Assembly: GCA_964016885.1 (NCBI GenBank)
Contig: OZ024742.1
Location: forward strand, 345,836,001-345,900,000
Origin: Eledone cirrhosa
Lineage: Eukaryota
DNA length: 64,000 bases
Direction of reading: 5' to 3'
The notes under the pieces were generated by a model. It was not told the DNA's origin. It did no database searches and saw nothing but the letters and a program-made list of their open reading frames with translations. Numbering within the stretch: position 1 is the first letter of the stretch; each line of letters opens with the position of its first letter. Of the stretch, positions 13,030-26,107 are shown in pieces. The translations under genes and the position numbers were made by a program.

Positions 13030-13650
13030 GCGAGTATGTATACGTACATACATATATGTATACAGACGTACAGTAGTATGTATATATACATATACATGAA
13101 CACATATATATATGCACGTATCGGTTTAACGAACATTTATTATATTGCTCGGTTTGTTCGTTTGTAAACAAACAAATAGCCCGAAATACGCCGTACAGTG
13201 TTTAGGCAACCACGTCACCTTTTTCTTCAACACTGACAACGGAACGATGTACTAGTTTCAAGCTTATTAACTATCGTCAGCATCGTATACCTTCCTGCCA
13301 GATGGTTGAACGTCTGAAAGTATATACTTTCCTTATGCATATTAACGGTAGAGCAGCCTAATTGGCAGGAAGGTATACGATGCTGACGACAGTTAATAAG
13401 CTTGAAACTAGTACATCGTTCCTGTGTCACTGTTGAACAAAAAGGTGACGTGGTTGCCTAAACACTGTACGGCGTAATTCGGGCTGTTTGTTTGTTTACA
13501 AACAAACAAACCCAGCATTATAATAAATGTTCGGTCAACCGATACGTGCATATATATATATGTGTGTGCATGTATGTATATATATACATACTTCTGTACG
13601 TCTGTATACATATATGTATGTACGTATACATACTTGCATATATATATATA
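13030..13650. mobile_element. Fold-back HHR mini-element, ~270-bp arms
   Basis: 13030-13300 is the reverse complement of 13363-13640. Confidence 0.85.
13377..13419 (+). ncRNA. Minimal hammerhead ribozyme (antisense copy 13243-13287)
   Basis: ACGAUG-CUGACGA-c-AGUU-aaua-AGCU-u-GAAA-CUAG-UA-CAUCGU. Confidence 0.85.
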
Positions 13651-13654
13651 TATA

Positions 13655-14638
13655 TGAATAAAATTAGTCCTTCATCAGTGATTTTCCAACTTCCATTGGT
13701 ATTTCATCGCTTTAAAAATCATATACCTCTGGTTGGTGGGAGCAATAACTAAATGAAGTTATTGGGACAAGTGAAATAGGGTGAAACGAGCGAGACATGT
13801 AAACAAACAACGATGGTATTGCAACGGAAAGATAGGAAGAGACAAGTACATGATATCTGTAAGCTTAAGCTTGGTGAATTCATGGACGAGTGATACAGAC
13901 CATCCGACATGGGTGAGATGTGAGCGAGAAAAGGATTTCACACAGGTCAAACGGGAGGAAGTGAGAGAGGGGTAGAAGCAGAGAGTGAGTGAGTGGAAGT
14001 GTGAGGAAGAGACCAGCCGAGAGGGAGTGTGACTGGCAGAGCGGAAAAAGAAGGTGAGAGATACAGAGAGAGGGGAAGCAGTAAGAATGAAACAGACAAT
14101 CGCAGCTGAGGAGAAAATATAAATATAAGAAAAATTGAGTGCTGCGTGGTTGCACATGGGTTACATATGAATAAAATTAGTCCTTAATCAGTGATCTTCC
14201 AACTTTCATTGGTATTTCATCGCTTTAAAAATGATATACCTCTGGTTGGTGCGAGAAATAACTAAATAAAGTTATTGGGACAAGTGAAATAGGGTGAAAC
14301 CCCGTTTGACCTGTGTGAAATCCTTTTCTCGCTCACATCTCCCCCATGTCGGATGGTCTGTATTTCTCGTCCATGAATTCACCAAGCTTAAGCTTACAGA
14401 TATCATGTACTTGTCTCTTCCTATCTTTCCGTTGCAATACCATCGTTGTTTGTTTACATGTCTCGCTCGTTTCACCCTATTTCACTTGTCCTAATAACTT
14501 CATTTAGTTATTGCTCGCACCAACCAGAGGTATATGATTTTTAAAGCGATGAAATACCAATGAAAGTTGGAAGATCACTGATGAAGGACTAATTTTATTC
14601 CTATGAAACCCATGTGCAACCACGCAGCACTCCATTTT

Positions 14639-14640
<2 letters not shown>
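13655..14640. mobile_element. Tandem + inverted pLTR-like element (~513-bp unit)
   Basis: 13655-13787 is repeated at 14168-14300. 14302-14640 is an inverted copy. Flanked by TA. A CUGAUGA-AGGA..UCCU..GAAA remnant is at 14578-14608. Confidence 0.75.
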
Positions 14641-14708
<68 letters not shown>

Positions 14709-15007
14709 AGGTATATGTCGCGTATGTGTACAAAAATGATAAGACAAATTACAGGTTTGGTTGTGCTTGACTTGGGCAATGGAACTGTTTCTCACAAATA
14801 TCTCGTTAATATCAGTTGTGTTACCAAGCTAAATCAATCCAATATGGGGAATAACTGGATTTTCACTAAAGAGATACGTTCAATACTATCGAGAAGTGTG
14901 AGATAATGAATAATGTATCAACAGTATCTGATAAATGAATTAATGAATAACATGAAAAATGCCTTAATAATATTGTTTTCACCTGTTACATATATATATA
15001 TATATAA

Positions 15008-15153
<146 letters not shown>

Positions 15154-15256
15154 TTATATGTATATATATATTTTATAAGGTGTCAACTGCCTAGATAGTG
15201 CAATTCACAGTCCAATCAGTCAATGGTGGTCTCAATGTTTTAAAGCATTTGATGGC

Positions 15257-15322
<66 letters not shown>

Positions 15323-15464
15323 CTATAAAAAGGTTTTAGTATATACATAACCATAAATAGTATCCTTAATACTATATATATATATATATATTTGTGTGTG
15401 TGTGGCTGTGTGTGCATGTGTGTGTAGCTATATATTTAACATAGCTTCAATCGTGCCATGCCTT

Positions 15465-15610
15465 GGGCGCATGGCTTAGTGGTTAGAGCATTGGGCTTGC
15501 AATCGAAAGGTTGTGAATTCAATTCTCGGACCGGGTGATGTGTTGTTTCCTTGAGCAAGACACTTTATTTCACGTTGCTCCAGTTTACTCAGCTGTAGAA
15601 ATGAGATGAT
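15465..15610 (+). mobile_element. tRNA-derived SINE family 2 (copies 31727-31850+, ~16640-16830-)
   Basis: A box TGGCTTAGTGG, B-box-like GAATTCAATTC, and CORE-like ccttgagcaagacactttatttcacgttgctcc. Confidence 0.8.
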
Positions 15611-15689
15611 AGGACTGGGGTCCCTATCATTAAATTACCCAACACACCTCCAACGAGATATACCTTGGAGGAGGCCAACTAAGCCTGCA

Positions 15690-15972
15690 TAGGTGTGAGC
15701 TGTCACAGACATGTCTTGGGAGTGAAATTGAACAAGTGGAGGTCAGACAGTCACTCCAAGTAGAGCTCACAGCTCCGATACTATGGGCATGTGATTAGAA
15801 TGTCTCAGAAAAGCCACTCTGGACAGATTTTACGGGCAAAACTAACCGAGAGGAGACATGGGGGTAAACCCCGAGCAAGATAGTTGGATAACATCCATGA
15901 GCATGGTTTGTCTTGCTTTGGGATCCAGCCAGATCAATTGGTGATGGTTGCTTCTGACCGGACCCACTGGAT
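15690..15972 (+). mobile_element. RTE LINE 3' fragment
   Basis: Translates to SQLRYYGHVIRM..GKPRAR*LDNI..VASDRTHW. Confidence 0.7.
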
Positions 15973-17223
15973 GTGTATATGCGTGCGTATGTCTATATAT
16001 GTATTTGTACGATCATACGTACCTTCAAACCAATCAGAAGAGTAAAGCAGTACGTAACTTTTATTAATTATTTAATTAAATATTTTAGATTACTGAAATG
16101 ATATTTATTATGTTCAGATGATTTTAAAGGAAAACAAAATAAATAAATCTTTATGTTGTCATATATAAAAGATATTCCCAGTTTTATTTCCTCTTCGATA
16201 ATCTGGAACAATTCTTTTAATTTATCTGTCAGCCATCTTAATAATGGTGTATACATTACATACAGTTATTGAAAATTATAATATATAATTATTTAGAAGA
16301 TGTATTTCCAAGAATCATGCGGATATGAATGCATCGAATATAAAAAATTCTCATCGTACACACACACATATATATATATATTTATGTATATATATATATA
16401 TATATATAAAGGTTAATCTGAATGAAACACTTCTAGTCCTATAGAATCCATTTCTGTTTTTAACTTGATGTTTACATTCTACTAATGTATTGAGTACCTT
16501 ACTATCAGTGGTTATCCACGATTGAACACTGGACTCACATATATAACAGTCGATCGACAAGATCCCAGACCTCATTCGCTTAACAAGTAGGGTGGGGCTC
16601 GTGAAATCGGATCGAGGAAACAATGTGTCCATCAGTCTTTCCAATTGCTAATGCTATTTACTGGTCGCAAATCCAGGCAGGAGAAAAACGTGAAATAAAG
16701 TGTCTTGCTCAAGAACATAATGCAGCGACCGGGAGGGGAAATGATCTCAGAACCTCATGTTTGTAAATCCAATTCTCTAACCACTCTTGATTGGTTGCCG
16801 ACAATCTTGACCACACAGCCACGAATGCGTCTCCTGCAAAAGTTAGTTTCTTTAATATATGACAATAAAACTCGACACATATGGTTGTTTGACTTCTCAG
16901 AGAGTCAAAGGGATGACATTGTGATAAAACTAGAGGAGCTTATCCTTCTCTAGCTTTCAACAAAACCTATTTCTTCCAGAGTAAAAGACAGAGTGAGAGC
17001 GAGAAGGGATTTATATAGAGATATTTAAAGAGATAGAGGAAGAATCGATACAGACATGTAAACACATACACACACACTCATGTATCTACACATATACAAA
17101 CTCAGACAGAGACACAGACACACACACGCACACACACACACTCATACGCACACTCATACATGCACACACACACATAAATATATATATATAGTAATAATTG
17201 TTTCTACTTTAGGCACAAGGCCA

Positions 17224-17257
<34 letters not shown>

Positions 17258-17648
17258 CGTTTCTGAATTTGTTTAGCAAGATTCTTTATCTGAAATCGTG
17301 TGTTGAAACCGATATTGTTATACTTTGGGAGGGTCATGTTGCCAATAAGAAACACACGCACCAGTTGCTTTCACTTCAATTTAATTTATTAAATATTAAA
17401 ATGGCGTAGGATAGAAGAAAGGAAAGGCACAGAAACGAAGAAAGAAATCCCCAGTCACTGAAGAGGTCACAGAGTGTGTGACGAAAGAACTATGACTATA
17501 TATATATAAACAACTATCTGGTTGTGGAACCAACCAACCAACCAGAAATTTATAAATTTGTAAATTTATAAATATTTAATAAATTAAATTGAAGTGAAAG
17601 CAACTGGTGCGTGTATTTCTTATTGGCAACATGACCCTCCCAAAGTAT

Positions 17649-17684
<36 letters not shown>

Positions 17685-17747
17685 ATAATGATAATAAATT
17701 TGAAGACTAAAATCCAAAGAGGGCTCGATAAGGATAAATATATATCA

Positions 17748-17878
<131 letters not shown>

Positions 17879-18192
17879 GGGAGGGGTATAATACTGGAAG
17901 GTAATATCCGTAGTGGCAGGCAGAGCACTCAGTCCATGGGACGAGTTTGGTAGAAGTAGTACACAACATTTAGTTCACCATACCGAGAACAATTGTTTCA
18001 CCTTAGCAGATCTTCAGCTCGGACTGTCACGTTTATACGGAACAGGAAGAACAACCGTATGAACGCGAATGCGCAGAAACGGTCACTTCACCCAAGCGAT
18101 ACAAAGCCACGGGCGAAAGGTGTATGGGAGATAACTGCGAAAGTCCGGAAAAGATGTTCAAGTTGATTAGAAAATTAGGATGTTGTTGTTAT

Positions 18193-18600
18193 TCAATCCG
18201 GAGCTTTGTAGTTATTCAAGAGGTGTTTCCAGACATCTGGACAACGTGAGAAGATTTCATTACTTGAATTTAGGCAATGGCTATTGCGTAATCTCCTTAG
18301 TAGTTTAGCTAAATTTGAAGCTGTGATGTTATGTGCAAGGTTAGGAGTCGTAGAGTAAGAAAATTTAATGGTATTTCTATTCAAAATTTTACTATATTTA
18401 TGTGCTCGAAATATTGGACAGATAATAGGACCCGAAATATTGGACAGATAAAAGAACAACAATAACAAAACAAGATTACCAGGTAACTTTTACTTTTCGT
18501 TACCTCATCTTACTGTCCACATTGTATTGTTCAGCCTTCTATCTCTTTCAATGTTATTTACTATATACAATGCTTCAAGCAAACTATAACATTATTATAT
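18193..18600. mobile_element. PLE fragments (Hydra-type thumb remnant on minus; pLTR end of the 38/43-kb family on plus)
   Basis: Minus HKYSKILNRNTIKFSYSTTPNL matches the 32751 ORF. Plus has ccgaaatattgga and acaatgcttcaagcaaact, shared with 43685-43880. Confidence 0.6.
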
Positions 18601-18680
18601 AAGGTCTGAGTTCAAATCCCGCCTAGGTTAACTTTAACTTTCATCCTCATGTTCTGTTTACATTTTACACACACACACAC

Positions 18681-18858
<178 letters not shown>

Positions 18859-19760
18859 GGATACTATTTATGGTTATGTGTATATGAAACTTTTGATAGT
18901 TATGTATATTTTAAACCTTAAACAGTGAAGGTCAGTAATTTATTACTACCTTATTACCAGTAAGATAAATAGCTCAATGTATTAATATCAGTTGTTCTAA
19001 GAGCAGTTATATAGAATTCACAAGAATCAAAGCTATGTTCAAAGCATGTGTGAGTATGCAGGTTCGTACGTATGGTGGGTGTGTGTATATGTGTACTTCT
19101 TGTTTTGGTTGACTTACGTCTCCGAACATTCGTGTATTTATATGTAGGTGTGTGTGTGCGCTTCTTATATACGTATTTATTTATTCTTATACGTTTATAT
19201 AATTATTTATTTATTTGTATACACGCATACACACACACACATATTTATATGTGCGTGGTTTTGTATACCTATGGTAAGGTTTTGCGTATGCTTGTGTATG
19301 TACGTATTTGTCTGCGTGTATGTATTTATTTATTTCTATTACTTCTGTATTGTATTTATTTACTTTGTTCTTAACTCTGTAGCGGAGATTCATTCGGTCT
19401 CCTAGTTAGAATTTTAGTCTACGACTTCTGCTATATCATTTACGTGGTTTTGTCTTGGCGTGCTATTGTTCCCCACGCTCCACATATGATGTATTATCTT
19501 CGTTTTTTTTGTTCATTGCCAGAGAACGTCTCTATGCACCACCTAAGAGAACATTAGTCTACGACCTCTTTTATACCATAAACGTGGTTCTGTCTTTGCG
19601 CGTAATTGTTTTTCACCGCTCCTATTAATGACGTATTAGTCGTTTTTCCCCGTTCTTTGCCAGCGAACGTTACCATGAACCAAAGTATAGTCTTCCTGTC
19701 TTCCTCCGGTTGCAACGTTTTTTTAAATATCCAGTTCTGCGTTTACAGATTGACTTTGTT

Positions 19761-19811
19761 AGTTTCAGAAGATCCCGTTAAGGGTGAAAGCAGCGATTCG
19801 TTGCTTAAACT
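19761..19811 (+). ncRNA. Type I hammerhead with full stem III, U4A core
   Basis: AGUUU-CAGAAGA-uCCC-guuaa-GGGu-GAAA-GCAGCG-auu-CGUUGC-UU-AAACU, then AATAAA and (TA)n. Confidence 0.7.
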
Positions 19812-19827
19812 TTAATCTGTTATTTTA

Positions 19828-19899
<72 letters not shown>

Positions 19900-20074
19900 C
19901 TGAAAGGTAAACAGAAATAACAACATAATAGGTACAGTATATGGAAGGAATATATTAGGTTAATGCTTCATATAGCAGGAAGAGGGTCTTAACGTTTCGG
20001 ACGCTAGTCCTTCAGCAGAAGAAAGAATGAGAAATAAGATAGATTGAGGGACAGGAGGGATGGAATTGAGTTTT

Positions 20075-20137
<63 letters not shown>

Positions 20138-21158
20138 GCATCCATAAAAACATATGTGTATATATATATATTTCGTTTCTGAATTTGTTTAGCAAGATTC
20201 TTTATCTGAAAACGTGTGTTGAAACCGATATTGTTATACTTTGGGAGGGTCATGTTGCCAATAAGAAACACACGCACCAGCTGCTTTCACTTCAATTTAT
20301 TATAATAAATTTATAAATTTAGGAATTTATAAATCTCTGGCTGGTTGGTTGGTTCCACAACCAGATGATTGTTTATATATTGTCAAAGTTCTTTCGTCAC
20401 ACATTCTGTGACCTCTTCTGTGACTGGGGATTCTTTTCTTTGTTTTTGTGCCTCTCCTTTGTTCTCTCCTACGCCATCTTGTTTTTGTGTGTGTGTTGTG
20501 TGCTTAGTTTGCGCATGTGTTACATCCGGGTGTCTGTGTGTGTTTATATTCGTTTATTTATTTGTTTATTTACATGTTACTGGTTGGTTGTTTGTTCTAT
20601 GTGTGTGTGTGTTTTCATTTTGTCCTTAATTGTAAGTTGTGATGTTGCTGTTCCACTCATATTTTCTATTTAATTTTGGTTGGAGTTCATTTATGTTTAT
20701 TGCCTCTGTGATTTGTCTAAACATTGCGTCTTTTCTGTGTGTAGATTCTATTTTTATTTCTATGTTCTCTAATTTACCCTTATGTTCTATTTTAGCATGT
20801 TGGTAGAGTACAGATGATTCTTTACTATCTTGAAGGTCTCGCCAGTGTCCATTTATCCGTTCCCCTATACTACGAGCTGTCTCACCTATCTACACTATAT
20901 TTTTATCTCTACACTGTCCTTCAGTACATCTTATGCTATATACTACATTTCTAGTTTTACAGTTAATATGGGGGCTTAATTTACAGATTATACATTTCTT
21001 ATCTATACAGTGAGGGCTTTGAAAAGGGTATGTATTGCTAATAAGTGTTTTTATGGAGGTACCTGGTCTTTCTACTATCTTAATATTGAGTTTATGTTTA
21101 TCTAGGGCCCTTCTAAGTTTGTAAGCTAATTCACCTCTAGGGGTTGTATCGATGAATA

Positions 21159-21953
21159 TTACACTCTGGTATTTATTGCTATCATACCAAGTAGGAGTCC
21201 CAGCTCACTGGTATCAATCCCACGGAATTCAACATTGCTCTCACTGATCATTTCTACGCATTTCTCCACAGAAAAATCCACGTCAATAGATGGATACAGG
21301 GACACAACATCCATACTACCTATTATGCAGTTTGTTAGGTCCCTAGATCGGTTACTTTCAACGATTCTGCTGAGGAGGTCCTCCGTGCTGTCACATACAT
21401 CTGGGGACATTTCACTGATGGGGCATATGATCAGGGAGTGGAAGTATGAAAGTCTGTAGTTACTAGCAATGTTAGCTCCACAGACTGGCCGTGTTGGCGG
21501 TCCTGTGACAGGGTCACTGCTCGTTTTATGGTCTTTTCGAAGTCCACACAACGCTGGCACGTCATTGTTCCAGGCCTGGAAGTTGTTGGCAGTCCTTTTG
21601 TTGGGCTGCATTATATTTGTCCACATCATCATATGGGCATTGAGGGATTTTTCCCTATCATCATGCTCCTGTGGTGTTACTTCTCTTGTGTTAGTGATGT
21701 GGGGTTGCATTGCCTGGATGTAGTTTGGCAGACTGTCAACCGACATTCTGCCAGACTTGTCTGTTGGAAAGCATGCTATCTCTCCATTACGCGAGCGCTG
21801 CATGAGCTTACGCAGGCCATTTGCAGATTTTTCTCCCAGTTGCTGGGCCTCCATTCTATTATGCTTCTTGCTATACTGTTCTATAATATTTCTAAGTTTA
21901 GATCTAGCTATGCTAAATTGTGCTTCTGTTTGTTCATCGACCTGCGACGGCAA
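21159..21953 (-). pseudogene. PLE ORF fragment (RT N-terminus through motif A)
   Basis: TDKSGR, GLRKDHK, RPVC, SMDVVSLYPSID. Confidence 0.85.
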
Positions 21954-23769
21954 TTGCGTGCGTTTGTTAAAAGCTAAAGTCGTGGCGTGGACTCGTCGCA
22001 GGTCGAACGACTATCGGAAGGATTATAAAAAGTAGAGTTCCAGGCTGCTGCTTTATGTGTACTAATGCTATTGTTATTGTTAGTTGTGTTGTTTCTATTT
22101 CCACCAACAGCCTCGTGGTTGTTTCTATGTCTCTCATTATTACTCCTGTCTCTTTCCCGTGGCTCATTGTTATTATCTACTCTATTTTGTGTGTCTGTGT
22201 GTTCGTCCTGATTATTTTCTCTGTACATAGTCTCCCTTCTCCATTCAATCCTAATACCTTCCCTTATTACATTCAATCCTAATACCTTCCCTTGCTACCC
22301 TCATTACCTGTTTTCTGTGTCTGTGTGTTTGTTAAGATCGTGGTGGTGGTGAGAGGCATTGAATGTGTCTGTGTTGTTGTTGTTGTTGATGTGTGCTGTT
22401 GTTGATGTGTGTTGTTGTTGTTGTCTCCGTGTATGTTATTATTGTTGTTTGTGTTGTTATTGTTGTTTGTGTCTGCGTGTCTGTTGTTGTTGTTTCTGAG
22501 TATGTTATTATTGTTGATGTGTGTGTTGTTGTTATTGTTGTTTGTGTCTATGTGTCTGTTGTTGTTGGGATGTGTGTTGTATATGTGTGTGTGCGTATGT
22601 TGTTACTTTTGTTTTTGTTTTTGAGGCTCCAACGTACTTTTGTAAATGATTTTTCTATTTCTGACAAGCATTTAATCATATTTACCTTATTAAATGTGGC
22701 ATACTTAGGTGGCAGCTGTAATACTGATAATTCATCAGAGTCGACCGTAGTGCTGCCGTATATATTTGTGTTGTTGTTGTTAAATTCATCTGTTAATGAG
22801 ATGTTGGCCATATTTATACCGTCAATTTTGTCGGGTTATCTATTGATATTCTCTAAAGTATCTTGATTTAGTTTTATCTGTTTGAGCCACTTTAGTTTCT
22901 TGTTAAAGTGCTTGTCACATTCTTGAACGATGTACTTTTCTTCAGGATATATAAGGTTTATAAATATTAATTTTTCTCTTGGTGTGGTGATCTTAGTTAT
23001 TTCTTGTATTAGGTTACGCTTTTGCTTTTCTTGATGACTTAATTCTCTATAAATCTTCTTTTTTATGTTTAGAATTAGTGTTCGTTTTAGCCTATCTGCT
23101 TGCTTTTTGGTGAGCTTTAATATTCTTACATCGGTGTTGATGGTGTTGGTGTAAACTCGGAACGAGCCACATTATTTTATGAAGTGTAGTTGTCGATATG
23201 TTATTGTTTTTCGTAGACAACAGAACATGGTGGTTTTCAGTATCTTGTTAGCCTGGCTAAGGCTTACGATATTTCGTTTCTGAATTTGTTTAGCAAGATT
23301 CTTTATCTGAAAACGTGTGTTGAAACCGATATTGTTATACTTTGGGAGGGTCATGTTGCCAATAAGAAACACACGCACCAGTTGCTTTCACTTCAATTTA
23401 TTATAATAAATTTATAAATTTAGGAATTTATAAATCTCTGGCTGGTTGGTTGGTTCCACAACCAGATGATTGTTTATATATTGTCAAAGTTCTTTCGTCA
23501 CACATTCTGTGACCTCTTCAGTGACTGGGGATTCTTTTCTTTGTTTTTGTGCCTCTCCTTTGTTCTGTCCTACGCCATCTTGTTTTTGTGTGTGTGTTGT
23601 GTGCTTAGTTTGCGCATATGTTACATCCGGGTGTCTGTGTGTGTTTATATTCGTTTATTTATTTGTTTATTTACATGTTACTGGTTGGTTGTTTGTTCTA
23701 TGTGCGTGTGTGTTTTCATTTTGTCCTTAATTGTAAGTTGTGATGTTGCTGTTCCACTCATGTTTTCTA

Positions 23770-25255
23770 TTTAATTTTGGTTGGAGTTCATTTATGTTTA
23801 TTGCCTCTGTGATTTGTCTAAACATTGCGTCTTTTCTGTGTGTAGATTCTATTTTTATTTCTATGTTCTCCAATTTACCCTTATGTTCTATTTTAGCATG
23901 TTGGTAGAGTACAGATGATTCTTTACTATCTTGAAAGTCTCGCCAGTGTTCATTTATCCGTTCCCCTATACTACGAGCTGTCTCACCTATCTACACTATA
24001 TTTTTATCTCTACATTGTCCTTCAGTACATCTTATGCTATATACTACATTTCTAGTTTTACAGTTAATATGGGGGCTTAATTTACAGATTATACATTTCT
24101 TATCTATACAGGGAGGTCTTTGAAAAGGGTATGTATTGCTAATAAGTGTTTTTATGGAGGTACCTGGTCTTTCTACTATCTGAATATTGAGTTTATGTTT
24201 ATCTAGGGCCCTTCTAAGTTTGTAATCTAATTCACCTGTAGGGGTTGTATCGATGAACATTACACTCTGGTATTTATTGCTATCATACCATGAGTTTATT
24301 CTATTAGTCTTATTCCTAGTTCTTTCTATTCTATTCCAAAATTTGCTCCTATACAAGGGGCAGGTCCCATTTGTGTCATTATTTACCATTTTTCCCATTT
24401 GGTTCTGGCTACTCTATATACTCTGATTTTATCTCTCTGATTGTAACCGGAGAACTGCATACAGTGGATGAAGTGTTGTATGTGTCTCTCTAGTTCTTCG
24501 GGTTGCACATGCGGGACACGTTTCTCATCACCCGTACCAAATCCGCAATCAGTATATTGATTTTGGTATGGTCCGAAACAGCTGAGATTCGGTGGATCAG
24601 GTATGTGGAAGTCATGGGTTTGGCATAATGGGAATGGAGGATTTGTTTTTTTGTTATTGATGGTATCTAACCAGAGCTCTGTGTCTAGTACAGGTAATCG
24701 ATGGTTGGGGTGTTTGCTCGGGTAGTCTATAGTAACTCTAATACTCTGGTGGATGGAGTTAGCTATTTGCTGGATGCTTTCCATTGTGTTTTTCTCTAAT
24801 TCCTGACTGTTCTCTAGTGGGGGTGTTTTAACTACGATGTTTATATCATCAACGAAGCGGGAGTACATTATCAGGGTTAAGGGGTCTTACAATTGTTCTT
24901 TAAGTTTAAGTTTAAGTCTACTGTCCCACCATACCATGAATAGGTTAGCTATGTCGCCTGCAATGCTAACACCAATGGCTGCTCCCTCCTCTTGGGCATA
25001 TGTTTTTCCATTAAATTTGAACATATGTTCCTTAAGGGTTAATTTTATGCTGGCCCCCACCGCATGTGCAATCATTTTCTTTAGTTCATCGTGGTTTTCG
25101 GGGGTCCGTATGGCTCTGGTCCACCCGTTCCATGTATGTGTGTGGGTTTTCTTGGCCATTGAGGTAATGGTAGGTTGTCTGCCTCTTGCTGGTCTTGTAG
25201 GGCACAGGTTGCTAAGACCATATGTGTCTAGATAATTATTACTATAGGTAAGTTT
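23770..25255 (-). pseudogene. PLE RT motifs B/C, thumb and GIY-YIG endonuclease (frameshifted)
   Basis: ORFs 24887-25159, 24383-24868 and 23991-24398 carry successive domains. Confidence 0.85.
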
Positions 25256-25959
25256 AAGTTTAAGGGATTGATACCAGTGAGCTGGGACTCCTACTTAAAC
25301 TTACCTATAGTAATAATTAAGTAGGAGTCCCAGCTCACTGGTATCAATCCCTTAAACTTAAACATCGATACAACCCCTAGGGGTGAATTAGCTTACAAAC
25401 TTAGAAGGGCCCTAGATAAACATAAACTCAATATTAAGATAGTAGAAAGACCAGGTACCTCCATAAAAACACTTATTAGCAATACATACCCTATTCAAAG
25501 ACCTCACTGTATAGATAAGAAATGTATAATCTGTAAATTAAGCCCCCATATTAACTGTAAAACTAGAAATGTAGTATATAGCATAAGATGTACTGAAGGA
25601 CAATGTAGAGATAAAAATATAGTGTACATAGGTGGGACAGCTCGTAGTATAGGGGAACGGATAAATGAACACTGGCGAGACCTTCAAGATAGTAAAGAAT
25701 CATCTGTACTCTACCAACATGCTAAAATAGAACATAAGGGTAAATTAGAGAACATAGAATTAAAAATAGAATCTACACACAGAAAAGACGCAATGTTTAG
25801 ACAAATCACAGAGGCAATAAACATAAATGAACTCCAACCAAAATTAAATAGACAGCCGGATGTAACACATGCGCAAACTAAGCACACAACACACACACAA
25901 AAACAAGATGGCGTAGGACAGAACAAAGGAGAGGCACAAAAACAAAGAAAAGAATCCCC

Positions 25960-26003
25960 AGTCACTGAAGAGGTCACAGAATGTGTGACGAAAGAACTTT
26001 GAC
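25960..26003 (+). ncRNA. Minimal hammerhead ribozyme in PLE pLTR
   Basis: GUCA-CUGAAGA-g-GUCACA-gaaug-UGUGAC-GAAA-GAAC-UU-UGAC. The diverged copy 35217-35260 has GUUGCA/UGCAAC (double compensatory change). Confidence 0.85.
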
Positions 26004-26107
26004 AATATTTAAACAATCATCTGGTTGTGGAACTAACCAACCAACCAAAAATTTATAAATTCCTAAATTTATAAATTTATTATAATAAATTGAAGTGAAA
26101 GCAACTT

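Noticed and set aside
14530-14620. Type III or type I hammerhead in the 13655-14640 family
   Set aside because: CUGAUGA, stem II and GAAA are present, but I could not build a consistent stem III/UH site.
15465-15540. tRNA gene
   Set aside because: A/B boxes are present, but there is no complete cloverleaf and it continues into a SINE body.
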